Shown here one piece after another: positions 1-13,694 of a stretch of 64,000 bases of DNA. Position 1 is the first letter of the stretch. Every line of letters starts with the position of its first letter. The notes below the pieces were generated by a model that ran no database searches, was not told the origin of the DNA, and saw only the letters and a program-made list of their open reading frames with translations. Source of the stretch: Eledone cirrhosa (lineage: Eukaryota); NCBI GenBank assembly GCA_964016885.1, contig OZ024741.1:76384001-76448000 (forward strand), read 5' to 3'. The position numbers and the translations under genes are program-made.

Positions 1-185
1 TGGTTAACAACAACATACTGAGGTTAACAACTGAAAACTGAGGCTAACAACTACATAACGAGGTTAACAACTGAATACTGAGGTTAATAACAGAATACTG
101 AGGTTAACAACAACATGCTGAAGTTTACAACCACATACTGAGGTTAACAACAGAATACTGAGGTTAACAACATACTAGCATTAAC
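1..185. repeat. ~20-bp minisatellite (aacaacagaatactgaggtt)
   Basis: About 9 imperfect tandem copies of tactgaggttaacaac; runs off the window start. Confidence 0.9.
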
Positions 186-2399
186 AATATAAAGAGATTA
201 GCAACATTGTCAGGTCAACAACCAATAAATTGAAGTAATTGTCTCATAACTACACATCATATACATACAGATTAGATATTTACAGACCAGACTGCCAACT
301 TCACAACTACTGGTTGTGTGTCTATGTAGACTGAGCATTGGGATCCCAGACTGTCAACCTCACAACTACAAATCATATACATACACATGAAGTTAAATGA
401 CGACCAGTTGTTAGACATCTATGAGCTCTTTAAGAGTTATAAACTCCAAAATTATTTAAAAGTAAGGCTTCATATGTATTCTTACATAGAATCAATGCAT
501 TCATAAGCTCTGTGATGTGTTTGATATTAATTTCTTGGATTTCAAGAGATTTATGGAGGGTATTGTCATTATGAGACAAAAACCTTCCATCAAGGTACTT
601 TAAATTAACACACCACATTCAGAGCAATGCTTAAAATATATTCTTATATATTTCCCTTCAAATTACACTCTGGAGCAGAAAGAAGAGAGATGATACAGGT
701 TGTATAGGATTAGTGTTTCACAAATATTAGAAAAGGATTCCAATCTTTTCAGTTAAGGAATATTATAACTAACATTGGAAAACTGGAGAAGCCTCACAAC
801 TGTGAACTTGACCTTCGTGTGACCTTATTTCTAATAAGCATATACTGTCTTTGTGTTTTACTTATCAAAAGAGTCCATGGTAGTAAGCCCCTCATCTTCG
901 CAGTGACATGCAGTGACATTTTCTCCAGCAGCATCTTGGTGAATTCAGCAACTGACCCATGTTTTGTTACCCGACAAGCTGAAGATTGCAAGTTGTTGAA
1001 GTATTGACCACTTTCTAATAGAATTGGCATTCAACCTATAGTGATGATGGCTTCTGGTGTTTTGAGTCTCTGAGACACTTTCCTACTCACTGTTATCAGG
1101 ATGGAGTTGGCCACCTACACAAATGAGCTTTGCAAATTGGAATAACTCTTTCAATGTGACTTCCTCACTATTTTCCAGGGTGATGTTTTTGCTATTCTGT
1201 TTGCTGTGACCATGAGGCTGCATTTGCCTGGAGAGGCAGAGCAGACAAGCAGAGGGGCATGACAATCTTGCATCAACTGGTTTGTGCTGTTACTGTTGGC
1301 CACTACATACACACACATGCATACACAAAATACTTATAAGGAATAGACATTTATTGTTTCCCATTTACTTCCAATCCAATCCAGGGCATTCTCACTCCTG
1401 TTGGAGGGAACCCTACCCAAGTGGGCCTCCACCACTTTCTCTTTGGTCTTGGTCATGTCTTCAGGAGTGTAGCCATACTCATCACACTTGGCCAATTGCA
1501 AATTGGTGAGCCTATTTAACCCTTAGTTGGGGTGGATGGACATTGACTCTGAGAAGTTCATCCGCCCTTTTAACAGTACTTATTTTTTGTGCTGCTAGGG
1601 TTCCACTTACCCTCCTCACAAAATCATGGTCTACTGGGGGAGCTGGTTTAGTCACCGAGCACTCAACCATTGACTTAAAACTTCTAAAGTTCTACAAATA
1701 TTTAACTACTGGAAATCTAATATCTACCATGTAATATTGAGATTTCAATTGAAGGTTTGAATTTAAATTGGAATACTTCAATATCTTCGGTGTTGACTGA
1801 GCTGTTGTTAAAAGGGGTTAAATTTTAAAGCATGAGTTACAAATTCCAACTCTTCTCTAGCCTTATTATATCGAGTGCCGGAGATAAGGAACATAACTCT
1901 GCCAGTCTTAGTTTGTCACATTCATTGACATCAGATTCTACTATAACATCCCAATTGAGTGGTTTGCTGTAGAAAAAGCATCTAGCTGTAAAAACAATAA
2001 CTCCAAGAGAATAAAAGTAAGGCACATTCCGAATTATCATGGAATATTCGATGTAAAGCAACAAAGAGAATAAATAAGTTGAAAAGCTTTATATTATATG
2101 TTATCTTGGAACACACTAAGGTTGTTACATTTCACACCTATGGAGGTTAAGATGGCCTCCTAGGAGGTTGTATTTTGTAAGGTTTCTTAGGTGTCCTAAT
2201 GATAGGGGTCCCAGTCCTACCATCTATATACATACTTACATGCATACATACATATGTATGTATGTACATATAAGTTTAGTTGGCGTCCCATGGGGTTTCC
2301 TATGAGGTTTCTCAGGTCTCTAATGATAGAGGGGCCCTATTACTATTATGAAAAGACTCTTCCCTGGACCAGTCACCAGTCCATTGTAGGGATTAACCC

Positions 2400-2572
2400 C
2401 CAGCTGCTACTGGTGCTCATTTGGGTGGGGGGTTTTCAGCTGAGTTGACTGGAGCAACATGAAATGAAGTGTCTTTCTGAAGGACACAACACACTGCCCA
2501 GTCCAAAAATTGAACCCATGACCTTATAATTGTGAGTCCAACACCCTAACCACCAGGCCATGTGCCTTCATA
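2400..2572 (-). mobile_element. tRNA-derived SINE (second family, OK-like)
   Basis: Reverse complement gives tggcctggtggttagggtgttggactcac...gggttcaatt (A/B-box-like head). Related copies at ~4560-4650(-), ~16130-16210(-), ~17745-17860(-), ~34893-35030(+). Confidence 0.65.
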
Positions 2573-2904
2573 AGGTTGTACAGTGTATTGTCCCAACACT
2601 TTTACAAGTATATAAAAAGCATCTCAAATATGTTAGCAAGGGAAATGCACAGTTTTATATAAATCAATAAAAGAAATAAAATATATATTTGTTTTAATGT
2701 TCTACTTTGTCTCTTGACTCTATCTTTCCTAGCTGAGTCCCACAACATAGATACTTATTCTATTTGTGCTTGAATCAAGCTTCTATGACATTGTAACTCT
2801 TCTGTGGTTCCATTTGAACAGTTTCTCTATATCCAACTACCAAGAAATCTTACATGCCTTGTTTCCTTGCTAATTCTGTTAATCCTTTCACAAATCACAA
2901 TCAT

Positions 2905-3625
2905 CAGTAGAAATGACTTAACTTTCATTCATAGAGATTAGACTTAACTCTAATCTATAACTAGTGGATCATAATTATGTCTCATCCCTTCAGATTTATG
3001 TAGCTTAACTTTGATATGAAGGGATGTGACTTATTTTTGATCATTAGAAATAGGACTTAACTCTGATTCATAAAGATGTAATATAACTGATCTATTGAGA
3101 TGGGACTTAAATGATCTGTAGGGATGTGGCTTAAATCTGATCCATAGGGATGAGACATCTTTAAAACATATGGATGGAATATCCATAGGGAAAAGATTTA
3201 TTTATGAATTATACAGATAAAGTTCAAATCTGATCCATAAAGATGTAACTTGACTGGTTCATAGAGATGAAACTTCATTCTAGTCTATAGGGATGAGAGG
3301 GAACTACAATCCTTAGGAATGAGGCTAAGCTCTAATTTACAGTAACAAAGCTTAACTCTGATTCATAAGGATGAGACCTACCTCTGATCCATAAAGATTC
3401 TGACAGTTCTGATCCATAGGGATAGGACTTGAATCTGATCCATATAGACAAGACTTGACTCTGATCCATAGAGATGACACAATTGATCAATAGGGATAAA
3501 GCTGATCCACATGAACAAGGATTAAATGATCTATAGATACAATACTTAAGCTCCTTAAAGATGAGACTTACCTCTGACCCATAGAGCTGAAGTTTAATTC
3601 TGATCCATAGATGAGGCTTAATTAT
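2905..3625. repeat. Degenerate ~28-bp minisatellite (ctctgatccatagggatgagacttaa)
   Basis: Many diverged tandem units containing tgatccatag and gacttaa. Confidence 0.85.
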
Positions 3626-4788
3626 GGATCAATAAGTACAGTTTGTAATTCATCACTTGCAATGTCTTCATGTTTTGACAAAACAAGGGAATATGTTGTT
3701 TGTTTTTCATTACCATAACCACAGTTTACACCTTTCACATGCAATGTGTATATGTGAGAATGTGTGTGTGTATGCATGAGTGAGTGTTGCACATGTGTGT
3801 ATGTGAGTATATATGTGCAAAAATGTGAGTGCATATATAGGTGTGTATTTGGCCAAAAAGTTAAGAAGTTCACTTCACAATGATAAGGTCATGATTCAAT
3901 CCCACTACAGAACATCTTGGACAAGTGAATTCAGATCAACCCAAGTTTTGTGAGTGGAGATAGACAAAAACTGTTTAAAAGCTCATCAGATGAATTGTAC
4001 ATGTAATTCAGAGGGCGAGACTGATCACTTACTGTGTCATTCTGAATAACAAAAAAAAAAAAAGAAAAAAAAGAACTAGCCTTTTAAAGCCATTTTCCTT
4101 GTTGAAACAATGGTTAGCTTTTTGGGTCTTATGACAGGCTTCAAATTCATCCTGGAGTCCTTTTTGATGTAATGTTTTGCAGTTGGATGCCCTTCCTGAT
4201 ACCAATCCTTTTAGTTGTCTCTTACAACATGCAGAGATATGTGTCATGCTGAATCTCCTTGAGAATTGTGTTACAGGTGTCCAATTTTTGTGGAATACTC
4301 AGTCACTTGCACATTAATTTCATGAGCAGACTGTCCTTTTGATCAATTAACTGGATCACTCCTTGTCAAAACTGACGTAAGTTTATTTCATTTGGGAGAC
4401 TGATTTTAAAAGAGGTATCAAAAATTGTAACATAAAAAAAAGGTAAGAAGCCAATTGTCAGATCAGACCAAGGAAGTAATGTTTCCATTGGTCTTCCTGT
4501 TTGATGATTCTATCTTCTGGTTGCAACTCTTGACAGATGAAGCGATGTGAAATATATTTTGCTCAAGAACACAACACACCACTTGATCAAACCCATGAAC
4601 TTGTGATCGCAAGTCCAACACCCTAACTACTAGGCCATGTGCCTTCACATGAAATCCAATAAAGAATCCAAAAGATGACTTGAATATTTTGTTCTTGTTG
4701 TTCATATGCTACTACTACTGCTGCTACTACACCCACCACCACTACTGTAATTAATACTACTACTACTACTGCCACTACCACGACTGCT

Positions 4789-4825
<37 letters not shown>

Positions 4826-4934
4826 TATCTACTAATACTGCACTATATCTATTACCACCATTACTACTACTACTACCATCACCACTGCTTCTGTTATATT
4901 ATTACTATTATTATTAATATTATCATCATGATGA

Positions 4935-5125
4935 TCATCCAACAATCTAATTTTTATTGCACACATTTACCATACTACTGAGCACAGCTTTTTGTGTCTT
5001 GCTTTTTGTGTCATGGTGGTTTGTTTTGGTTTTATCAGTATGTCTTTTAAACATTCCTAAGGCATCTACTATTATAGGGATTGTTTCTGTTTTCATTCCC
5101 CTCATTCTTGTTTTCTCTATCTCTA
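4935..5125 (-). pseudogene. Dong/R4-like LINE 3' remnant (RLE C-terminus)
   Basis: ORF 4947..5159 has KTETIPIIVDALG, like VVPIVIGALG in ORF 30415..30981; next to (tta)/(tca) repeats. Confidence 0.5.
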
Positions 5126-5132
5126 GAGCTTT

Positions 5133-5380
5133 CATCACCATCCAACGTCCAGTTTCCACACTAGCATGGGTTAGACAGGTTATCCTGTTATGATCTTGTC
5201 TTACTCACACAGGACCGTTCCTGGCTTCGTTTCTATGGCAGGATGCCCTTCCTAACACCAACCATATTTACAGTGTGGATTGAGTGCTTTTTATCATGGC
5301 ACCAAAATGACCACTTTACAGTGTGAACAAGACATTTTTTTGTCATTACACCAACATGACCACTTTACAATGTGGACTTT
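5133..5380 (-). mobile_element. RTE-family 3' UTR/tail, inverted relative to the adjacent ORF
   Basis: Reverse complement matches the 3' UTRs at 22690-22935 and 37980-38285 (ttaggaagggcatcc; repeated cacactgtaaagtggtc units). Confidence 0.75.
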
Positions 5381-5439
5381 ATATTTGCATAATTTAATCA
5401 CTTCTTTTTGGAAATATGTTATTGCCTGTTTCGGCTGCT

Positions 5440-6788
5440 ACTTTATCCATGAGAAATTTCCATGACTAGACGAGATGCAATTTGGGTTTGTACCAGGAAG
5501 AGGCACCACTGATGCCCTCTTCCTTGTGAGGCAATTACAGGAAAAGTACCTAGCTAAAAGTAAGCCACTCTACTTGGCATTTGTTGACCTTGAGAAAGCC
5601 TTTGACAGAGTTCCACGTGCTGTAATCTGGTGGGCTCTTAGAAAACTAGGAGTAGATGAATGGCTTGTGAAAGCGGTACAAGCCATGTATAGGGGAGCAG
5701 TCAGCAAAGTTAGGATTAGCAATGAGTATAGCGAGGAATTTAGCGTACAGGTCGGGGTCCACCAGGGCTCAGTTCTTAGCCCCCTCCTGTTCATCATAGT
5801 CCTGCAGGCAATAACGGAGGAGTTTAAGACCGGATGCCCATGGGAACTCCTGTATGCTGATGACCTCGCACTCATAGCTGAATCTATGGTAGAACTAGAG
5901 AATAAATTCCAAACTTGGAAGCAGGGACTAGAAAGAAAGGGTCTCAAAGTCAACATGACAAAGACAAAGACTAAGGTCCTTGTAAGTAGACGAGAAAACA
6001 GAACCCAGATCCCCTCAGGGCAATGGCCTTGCTCAGTATGTAGGAAAGGTGTAGGTAGGAACTCCATTCTCTGCCCCAAATGCAAACAATGGGTACACAA
6101 GAGATGTAGCGGGATCTCAGGAAGCTTAATTAAGAATGTAGGCTTCATATGCAACAGCTGTGCTGAGACAGCAAGCAGCAAACAGCCACAGGAAACAAGT
6201 ACCACCAATCTCTGGGAGGGCTCTGTAGAAACAGTAGACAGCTTCTGCTACCTAGGTGACCGAATTAGCAGCGGAGGTGGGTGTTCAGAAAGTACAATAA
6301 CTAGGGTAAGAACGGGATGGAAGAAGTTTAGGGAACTACTACCACTGCTAGCTGCAAAAGGCTTCTCCCTCAGAATGAAAGGCAGACTATATGATGCGTG
6401 TATCCGAACAGCAATGTTGCATGGTAGTGAGACCTGGGCGCTGAAGGTGGAAGACTTACGTAGATTAGAGAGAAACGAAGCCTGCATGCTCCGATGGATG
6501 TGTAACAGTAATATACGTGAACGACAAAGCATAAATGAATTGAGAGAGAGACTGAGCATAAGAGGTATCAAATGCTGTGTGCAGGAGAGGCGGTTGCGCT
6601 GGTATGGACATGTGATGCGTATGAAGGATGACAGCTGCATAAAAAGGTGCAGAGCACTAGAAGTTGATGGAAACCGCGGAGTGGGGAGACCCAAGATGAC
6701 CTGGGATGAGGTGATAAAAGCCGACCTTACCCAATTACACCTCTCAAAGGCAATGACACACGACCGTGACTTCAATGAATCCTATTAG
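5440..6788 (+). mobile_element. RTE-like non-LTR retrotransposon ORF2 fragment (RT + PHD-like Cys cluster + thumb)
   Basis: 437-aa ORF with QFGF, FVDLEKAFD, GVHQGSVLSP, LYADD, YLG and RRLRWYGHVMR; internal CxxC...CxxCxxWxHxxC...CxxC. Confidence 0.93.
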
Positions 6789-6836
6789 AAAAGTTAGAGA
6801 ACAACATTTATGTATGCAGCATACTATAGTTTCATC

Positions 6837-7020
6837 ATTGGCAGTATCGGTAGAGGGTTGGACGCCATGCTTTCTAGCATAGTTACGTCCCTTTACAGTC
6901 TGACTTCAAATCCCGCCGAGGTTAACTTTGCCTTTCATCCTTACGGGGTCGATAAAATAAAGTACCAGTAATGTACTGGGTAATTTCTGGCCTTGTGCCT
7001 AAAGTAGAAACAATTATTAT
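6837..7020 (+). mobile_element. MetaSINE-like tRNA-derived SINE (main family)
   Basis: Head ttggcagtatcggtagaggg...ttcaaatcccgccg, core gcctttcatccttacggggtcgataaaataaagtacc, tail aacaattatt. Confidence 0.8.
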
Positions 7021-7189
7021 TTCCATCCACACCATCACCCCTATCACTACCTTCGTTAGTAAATCTGTCTCAAGCCTGAAAGCACATGAAGACAGAGTGT
7101 ATACCAGTTTCATGTGACATTAAGCAACCAAGAGTACAAGAACTTGTTCTAATTGTTCTTTTGGGGATAGGGTCTGTCTTTCTTAAGCC

Positions 7190-7820
7190 AGATCTTGAGC
7201 CAGCTCTGAGTTAATGTCTAACTTCTCTCTGATACTAGGTTTAACTGTCTTTCTGAGACTATATCTAATTTTCTCTTTGTGACTATGTCTAACTGTCTCT
7301 CTGTGACTCTTTGTCTGTCTCTCTGAGACTATGTCTAACTGACTTTCTATGACTATGTCTAACTGTCTCTCTCTGACTAGATCTGACTAGATGTAACTGT
7401 CTTTCTGATACCATGTTTGTCTGAGACTATGTCTGTCTCTCTCAGACCAAGTCTAATTATCTCCCTCAACTATGTCTGTCTCTTTCAGACAAGGTCTAAC
7501 TGTCTCTCTGAGACTGTCTGTTTGTCTCTCTGTGACTATGTCTAACTGTCTCTTTGTCACAATGTTTAACTGTCTCTAATAATATGACTAACCATCCCTT
7601 GGATTCTAAGTTTAACTGTCTTTCTGTGACTATGTCTAACTGTCTCTCTCAGGCTAGATCTGTCCCTCTAAGATATGGTCTAATTGTCTCTCTGAAACCA
7701 TCTCTATCTTTGTGTGACTATGTGTAACTGTCTCTCTGAAACTAGATTTAACTGTATCTCTCAGATAATGTCTAACTATCTCTCTCAGACTGTCTAACAG
7801 TGTCTCTCAGACAAGGTTTA
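7190..7820. repeat. ~24-bp minisatellite (gactatgtctaactgtctctctga)
   Basis: Many diverged tandem units. Confidence 0.9.
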
Positions 7821-8751
7821 ATTCTTTACTTTAAGCTAAACATTTAACAGCTACAATGTACTTATGCTAGCTTTAAGTTACTTAGCTCTATGAAACCCCA
7901 TCAACTTTCTTCTACTATGTCTACTTGTCTACTTAACCAGGAAAATATATCCCATCTTTAATTTATGTGTCCTCATGTATTAATATTTATATACTTAATG
8001 GTTGGATGGTGTTGTTTAATTCTTGACCGATCAAACTAAAATTGGTGTTTACAATAATACAACGTATCATGATACAACATATATTATTGTACAACATACA
8101 ATGATACAACATATATTATTGTTTATATAAAACAGAATTCTTTCATTCTCTTTACTAGTTTCAATCATTAGACTGCAGCCATGCTGGGGAACCATACACA
8201 TATTTATATAAAACATTAACCAAAAACAATTTTCATTCTGGCTTTTTTAACAGCGTCTCATGTAAAATATAACTCCTCCTAATACCCACTTCACCATTTT
8301 ATGTGACCAAATCCTAGCCTTATTCTTTATTTTGCTTTATTTTTGTTTTCTTTTTCTACTGCACAAAACTGCTGAATTATATATACTAACACTAATAATT
8401 CTGTTTTTGCTACTGTTCATGATTATTATTATTATATGATGTCATTGAAGAACAATGCCACCACAATGCAGATAACTATAATAATTGTTTCTACGTTAGG
8501 CACAAGGCCAGCAATTACCCAGTGCATTACTGGTACTTTATTTTATCGACCCAGTAAGGATGAAAGGCAAATTTAACCTTGGCGGGCTTAATAGTTAATA
8601 AAATGGACAGCAATGACTGCAACGAATTGAACACTTTTTTCCCATCTCTACGAGTATTTTACTCTATTTATCAACTATTATTTTAGTTATCAGCATTGTA
8701 ATTACTATATTTTCAAATTTTCCTTTGCTTTATGCATCTACCAATCTTGTG

Positions 8752-8786
<35 letters not shown>

Positions 8787-9029
8787 ATTTTATTATTATT
8801 ATTATTGCTTGAAACTTCCTTTGAATTTTGCTTCTTTCCCAAATCATGCTGAGTGTCAACCTGTCACCTGAGGCAAAATTTGATAATGCACACAATTTAC
8901 AATCAATTGTCATTCAAATGGTGGCACAACTGTATAAACATTATTATTATTTTTATTTAGAAAAATAACGTTGGTAGTCATGGTAGTAGTGAAACATTAA
9001 TAGTGTCACTGCCATCACCAACACTATCA

Positions 9030-9720
9030 CCATGACTCACTCCAAGTTACTTCCCTTAGTGAACATTGTATACAAACATAATACCTTCAAACAGTATGGA
9101 GGTCGTATTTGTTCCAGCTTTGACCAGATTCAGTTGGAACTTCTCTCTGCTGCCTCTGATATTACCTTTAGGGTTTTGGTCTTTTCTTCCCAGAGACTGA
9201 GAGTTGTTTCATGAGATTGTAGGCAAAACACTAGCTCCAAATTCTATGGCGAGAATTTTGACCCATAAATTGGTTTCCCACAGGCTGTTGGCCAAACCCG
9301 CATATTGTTCATGTGTTTCTTCTATTCCACTTTTAAATGGCATGGTGACTTCAATCAAAATCAGCTGCTTTGATGAACTGAAATGGAGTACGATCTCTTC
9401 CTGGTGATTTCTGGTTGTTTTGTTAATCCTAGGTAGTCTGCTGTATACTAACAATTATCTGTACTACCCAGAAGACTCCACTCCCGTGCCCATATAGCAT
9501 AGCTGTTCCTGGTCATGATTTGCTGCTCTTGCTGTGTAGAATGTTGGCGATTCTGATGCTATGAATGTTACTTTTGCCGTATTTACTGCATGTTCAATCT
9601 ACTTAAGCACTTGATTGTGTTTTCACATCTTAATTCCTTGAGCTAGTGCTACTCTGCATGAGCTCAGAAGGTGTTCCACTTCACTAGGCTCGTATTTGAA
9701 GGCAGATCATTAAAAGATCT
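9030..9720 (-). pseudogene. Hero/NeSL-like RLE non-LTR retrotransposon 3' remnant
   Basis: Minus strand reads EVEHLLSSCRVALAQG..HNQVL (CCHC knuckle), then IVLHFSSSKQLILIEVTMPF..IEETHE (PD-(D/E)xK endonuclease-like); contains frameshifts and stops. Confidence 0.7.
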
Positions 9721-9807
9721 GAAGATAAAGCTTATTCTAAGAAACACCATATGCTACATTTCATTCCAGCTGAGACACTTCTGGAGTGCACATTCCCACA
9801 TCGCACA

Positions 9808-9824
9808 CAACCACCACCACCACC

Positions 9825-9874
<50 letters not shown>

Positions 9875-9897
9875 CACTGCTGCTGCTGCTGCTGCTG

Positions 9898-9973
<76 letters not shown>

Positions 9974-10007
9974 CACCACCACCACCACCACCACCACCAC
10001 CACCACA
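9808..10007. repeat. Compound (CAC)/(TAC)/(TGC) microsatellite
   Basis: Read directly from the sequence. Confidence 0.95.
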
Positions 10008-10048
10008 AGTACCAGCAGTTTCAAGACAAAAACACGCTTAAATTATCA

Positions 10049-12307
10049 GGTGCATTTAAGAAAAGTAAAACAATATGGAAAGAAGAATTTGGAGCCATGC
10101 TGGTAAGGGCCTCCATTGGTTGGTTCAGGTCACATGATAATATTTATGAGTCGGTGACAGCATGAGGAAGTGTATGGCTTGATGGCACTATTAAATTCAG
10201 AAGAATCCAGTGATAACAGGTATGTGATCTCATTAGATGGCACCAATGAGTCTGGTGGGTCTTCTACTTTATGTATCTAGTCCTGCAGGTGAGTTGACTG
10301 TTCACTTGATGTCACTGATGACCTTTGGTGACTATGATGTTGGTATTTTCATGGTGTGCATGCAAGTTCAAATTTTCTGCCTCACACATATTCGCGGGGT
10401 GGGTGAAACTAATGACATCATTCTGGGATATACGAGGCCAGTGATGTGAAATTGGCTAATAGGGCGCTTCTCTGGTGGCAACAAAATGTTAGGTCAGTTT
10501 TCCTGTAAATAAACATCAGAGGGTGTTGCAGTATATGCAATCTCTTGCAGACATAGAGTTGACAGTTGATCCCCCTGGGGAAGTATGGTGGTACACTGTC
10601 CAGAATGTTCCATTTAATGCTGGGGATATTGGTTGCAGAGCCTCTATCTGGGATGGGTGGATAGATTTCGCTCTGTTCCTGCACCTAAATCAGTGTATGT
10701 GCTGGGTAAATATACCGTTGAATAAAATGTTCTCTCTACTTCTAAATGCTGACTAATTTACCCTTCAAAGAGAGAAATAGGCAGAATTAAAGTGCAAACC
10801 CAATAGCATTAACACCAAAATCATAAGGATGACTGGCTTAGTCGACTGAGACTCCAGCAATGCCATTACCAGATAGTTTTTCTGCATTAAGAATAAAGCA
10901 GTCTACATATTCACCCAGACTGATATCGTGAACTTTTAGCCTTCCATATCAAAATGCCTTCTAATCCCAATCAAAGTTCTACATTTCGGAAGCCACTAGG
11001 ATCAATGACATCAATATCAGAATAATTCTGAATGCCAGTAAATCCCTACTGTTCCACAACATCTCACACTAGGTAAAAAACGAAGGTGACCTGCTGCTCT
11101 ATGTACCTCTGAGATCCTACAATGAGGCTAAGGATGCTGACCTCATCGGTTTATACATCCTCAATACTCCAAGAAAACGAATGCACCCCTGTAGCTCAGC
11201 CCTGTACAGAGACAATGACCTGACAAACTCAAGCTACATCAATGGCCACACCATGGATAAGTTCAGAAATGATCTTATAATGATCATCTAAGAGTACAGC
11301 CTAAACATCACAGGCACCACTAACTTGACCAAAGTCAACTTTCTGAACATCACTCTGAACCTCAAAAGTGGTAAACACTATCCACATAGGAAACTTAATG
11401 AGGAAACAATATACATATATAGGAATTCTCCCCACCACCACCACCTGGGATTAGTAAGAGAATTACTAGCTGGCCTAGATGGCCTAACAGAAAAAAAAAA
11501 AACACAGTATACATGAAGTGCACTCCACCCACCGTTAAGAGAGTTAGAAAAAGGAAAATAACATGGTTCAATCCTCCATTCAATTCATAGGCACAACGAA
11601 TATAGCTAAAAACTTCTTGTTCCTAATCAGGAAACATTTCCTATATAGTCACTAAGGTTAGTTACCCGTTTAGATAGTATCGCACGTACCTACACAGTTC
11701 CCTCACACACCAAGGTGTAAATGCCGAAATTCTGCTCAGTATCCTCTAGACAGATCTTACTTCCCTAAAGCCGTGGTCCACAAAGCTACCTTCATATAGC
11801 TAGATGGTTTCTGGAAGAACTATACAGATTTAACAGTCAATGAGTTCAAGCGTAAATTTACCCAGCACATGCACCTATTTATGTGCAGGAACAAGAACAC
11901 AACTACCCTGTCCCGTTTTATATGACAGCTCAGTGACTAAGGACACAACAACCCCAGCAGAAAAACTCGCCTCGGACATCCCAGAATGATCACATTAGTT
12001 CCACTCGTCACACGGGTATGTGTGAGGCAGAGAGTTCAAACCTGCACGTATACCATGAAAATACAAATATCATATCAACCAAAAGTCACCAGTTACATTT
12101 ATTGAATATTCAGTCCACCAGCGACACTGGAAACATAGAGCAGAATACCTACCTGAGACATTGATGCCATCACTATGTCACCACCAAAACGCAAACTTAT
12201 TCATGCTGTTACCGACACATAAACTCTATCATGTGACCTAAACCAACCCTTATGAGCATGCCCACAAATTCCTATCTCCATATTGTTTTACTTTTCTCAA
12301 ATGCAAC
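10049..12307. mobile_element. Old degenerate Penelope-like element with inverted 3' arm (fold-back)
   Basis: + strand ~10900-11950 gives PLE RT-like motifs FTQTDIVNF*PSIS, LYRDNDL, KVNFLNITLNL and RKRKITWFNPPF. - strand 10418-10684 gives the endonuclease C-terminus IKWNILDSVPPY...CQL. 10049-10170 is the reverse complement of 12195-12307 (aaaagtaaaacaatatgga...ggtcacatgata). Confidence 0.75.
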
Positions 12308-12308
12308 C

Positions 12309-12414
<106 letters not shown>

Positions 12415-12719
12415 AAAGGTAAACAGAAATAACAACACAATCGGTACTGTATATGGAAAGTATATATTAGGTTAACGCTTGATATAGCAGGAAGAGGGTC
12501 TTAACGTTTCGGACGCTAGTCTTTCATCATCAGAAGAAATAAAATAGATTAAGGAGACGGGTGGGATGGAATTCGAAAAAACGTCTTTAGATAAAAATAA
12601 TAGATTCATTCATGTTGACGACATCTCTTATTTATTAAAATAACAGATTAAAGTTTAAGCAAAGAATCGCTGCTTTCATCCTTATTGAGCCCTCTTTGGA
12701 TTTTAGTCTTCACATTTAT

Positions 12720-12750
<31 letters not shown>

Positions 12751-12772
12751 AAGTATGTATAGTATATTTGAT

Positions 12773-12953
12773 AATTGTTTCTACTTTTGGCACAAGGCCA
12801 GCAATTACCCAGTGTATTACTGGTACTTTATTTTATCGACCCCATAAGGATGAAAGGCAAAGTTAACCTCGGCGGGATTTGCACTCAGAATGGCAAGGGC
12901 CGTAACTCTATGCGCCAAAGCATGGCGTCCGACCCTCTACCGATACTGCCAAT
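12773..12953 (-). mobile_element. MetaSINE-like SINE
   Basis: Full-length reverse copy of the family at 6837. Confidence 0.85.
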
Positions 12954-13155
12954 CCACTTAATATACTGTATGTTTATATATAGATATATTTGGATATGGT
13001 CGTGTTGCTAAAATTGGCCATAAAAATACACGCACGATTTCATTTTCACTTCAGCTTTATAATTAGTTATTAGTTTTTTGGAGACAATAAAGATATCTAT
13101 TTTATATATACACACGAATTCCATCCCACCCGTCTCCTTAATCTATTTTATTTCT

Positions 13156-13191
13156 TCTTCTGATGAAGGACTAGCGTCCGAAACGTTAAGA
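13156..13191 (+). ncRNA. Minimal type I hammerhead ribozyme motif
   Basis: tctt-CTGATGA-a-ggac tagc gtcc-GAAA-cg-TT-aaga: stem I tctt/aaga, stem II ggac/gtcc, palindromic AACGTT stem III. Mirror copy on - strand near 12499-12536 has a 3-nt duplication in the core. Confidence 0.75.
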
Positions 13192-13304
13192 CCCTCTTCC
13201 TGCTATATCAAGCGTTAACCTAATATATACCTTCCATATACACATAATATATATACACACGATTTCACTTCAAGAATCTAGCAAAACAAATACGCACACA
13301 TTAT

Positions 13305-13356
<52 letters not shown>

Positions 13357-13694
13357 AAATAAGAATGGATTTGCTATAACATAATACAGCACACAGTCTC
13401 CCACGCAATCTAGCGTTTAAGTGTTCGTTTTAGCACTATGCAACATATACAAAGCACAGTGTTTGGCTTAATCATGTAATACTAAATGTTGTGTACTATA
13501 ATTTTACACACTCATACTGATAACCAGAAATGCCTCACTCACACACACACACATACATACACATATATACATATAAGTGCAGACACACTAGCAAATTTGC
13601 ATGTGCAAACACACATGTATATGTACCCATACACACTCACGTATATAATTTAATTCACATATACACGTACAAATCACACACACATATATATACT

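Noticed and set aside
790-1280. Minus-strand ORF fragments, possibly a transposase relic
   Set aside because: No recognisable motif.
6837-6920. tRNA genes at SINE heads
   Set aside because: A/B boxes are present, but they run into SINE core and tail sequence and no full cloverleaf is evident.
1-7820. Regularly spaced repeats resembling CRISPR arrays (1-185, 2905-3625, 7190-7820)
   Set aside because: Tandem minisatellites without unique spacers; eukaryotic context and no cas genes.
9671-10165. ORFs with poly-Y/H/L/T/V tracts (also 23093, 41000-41600, 49342-49684, 52021-54068, 62291-62952)
   Set aside because: Translations of microsatellites; no coding signal.
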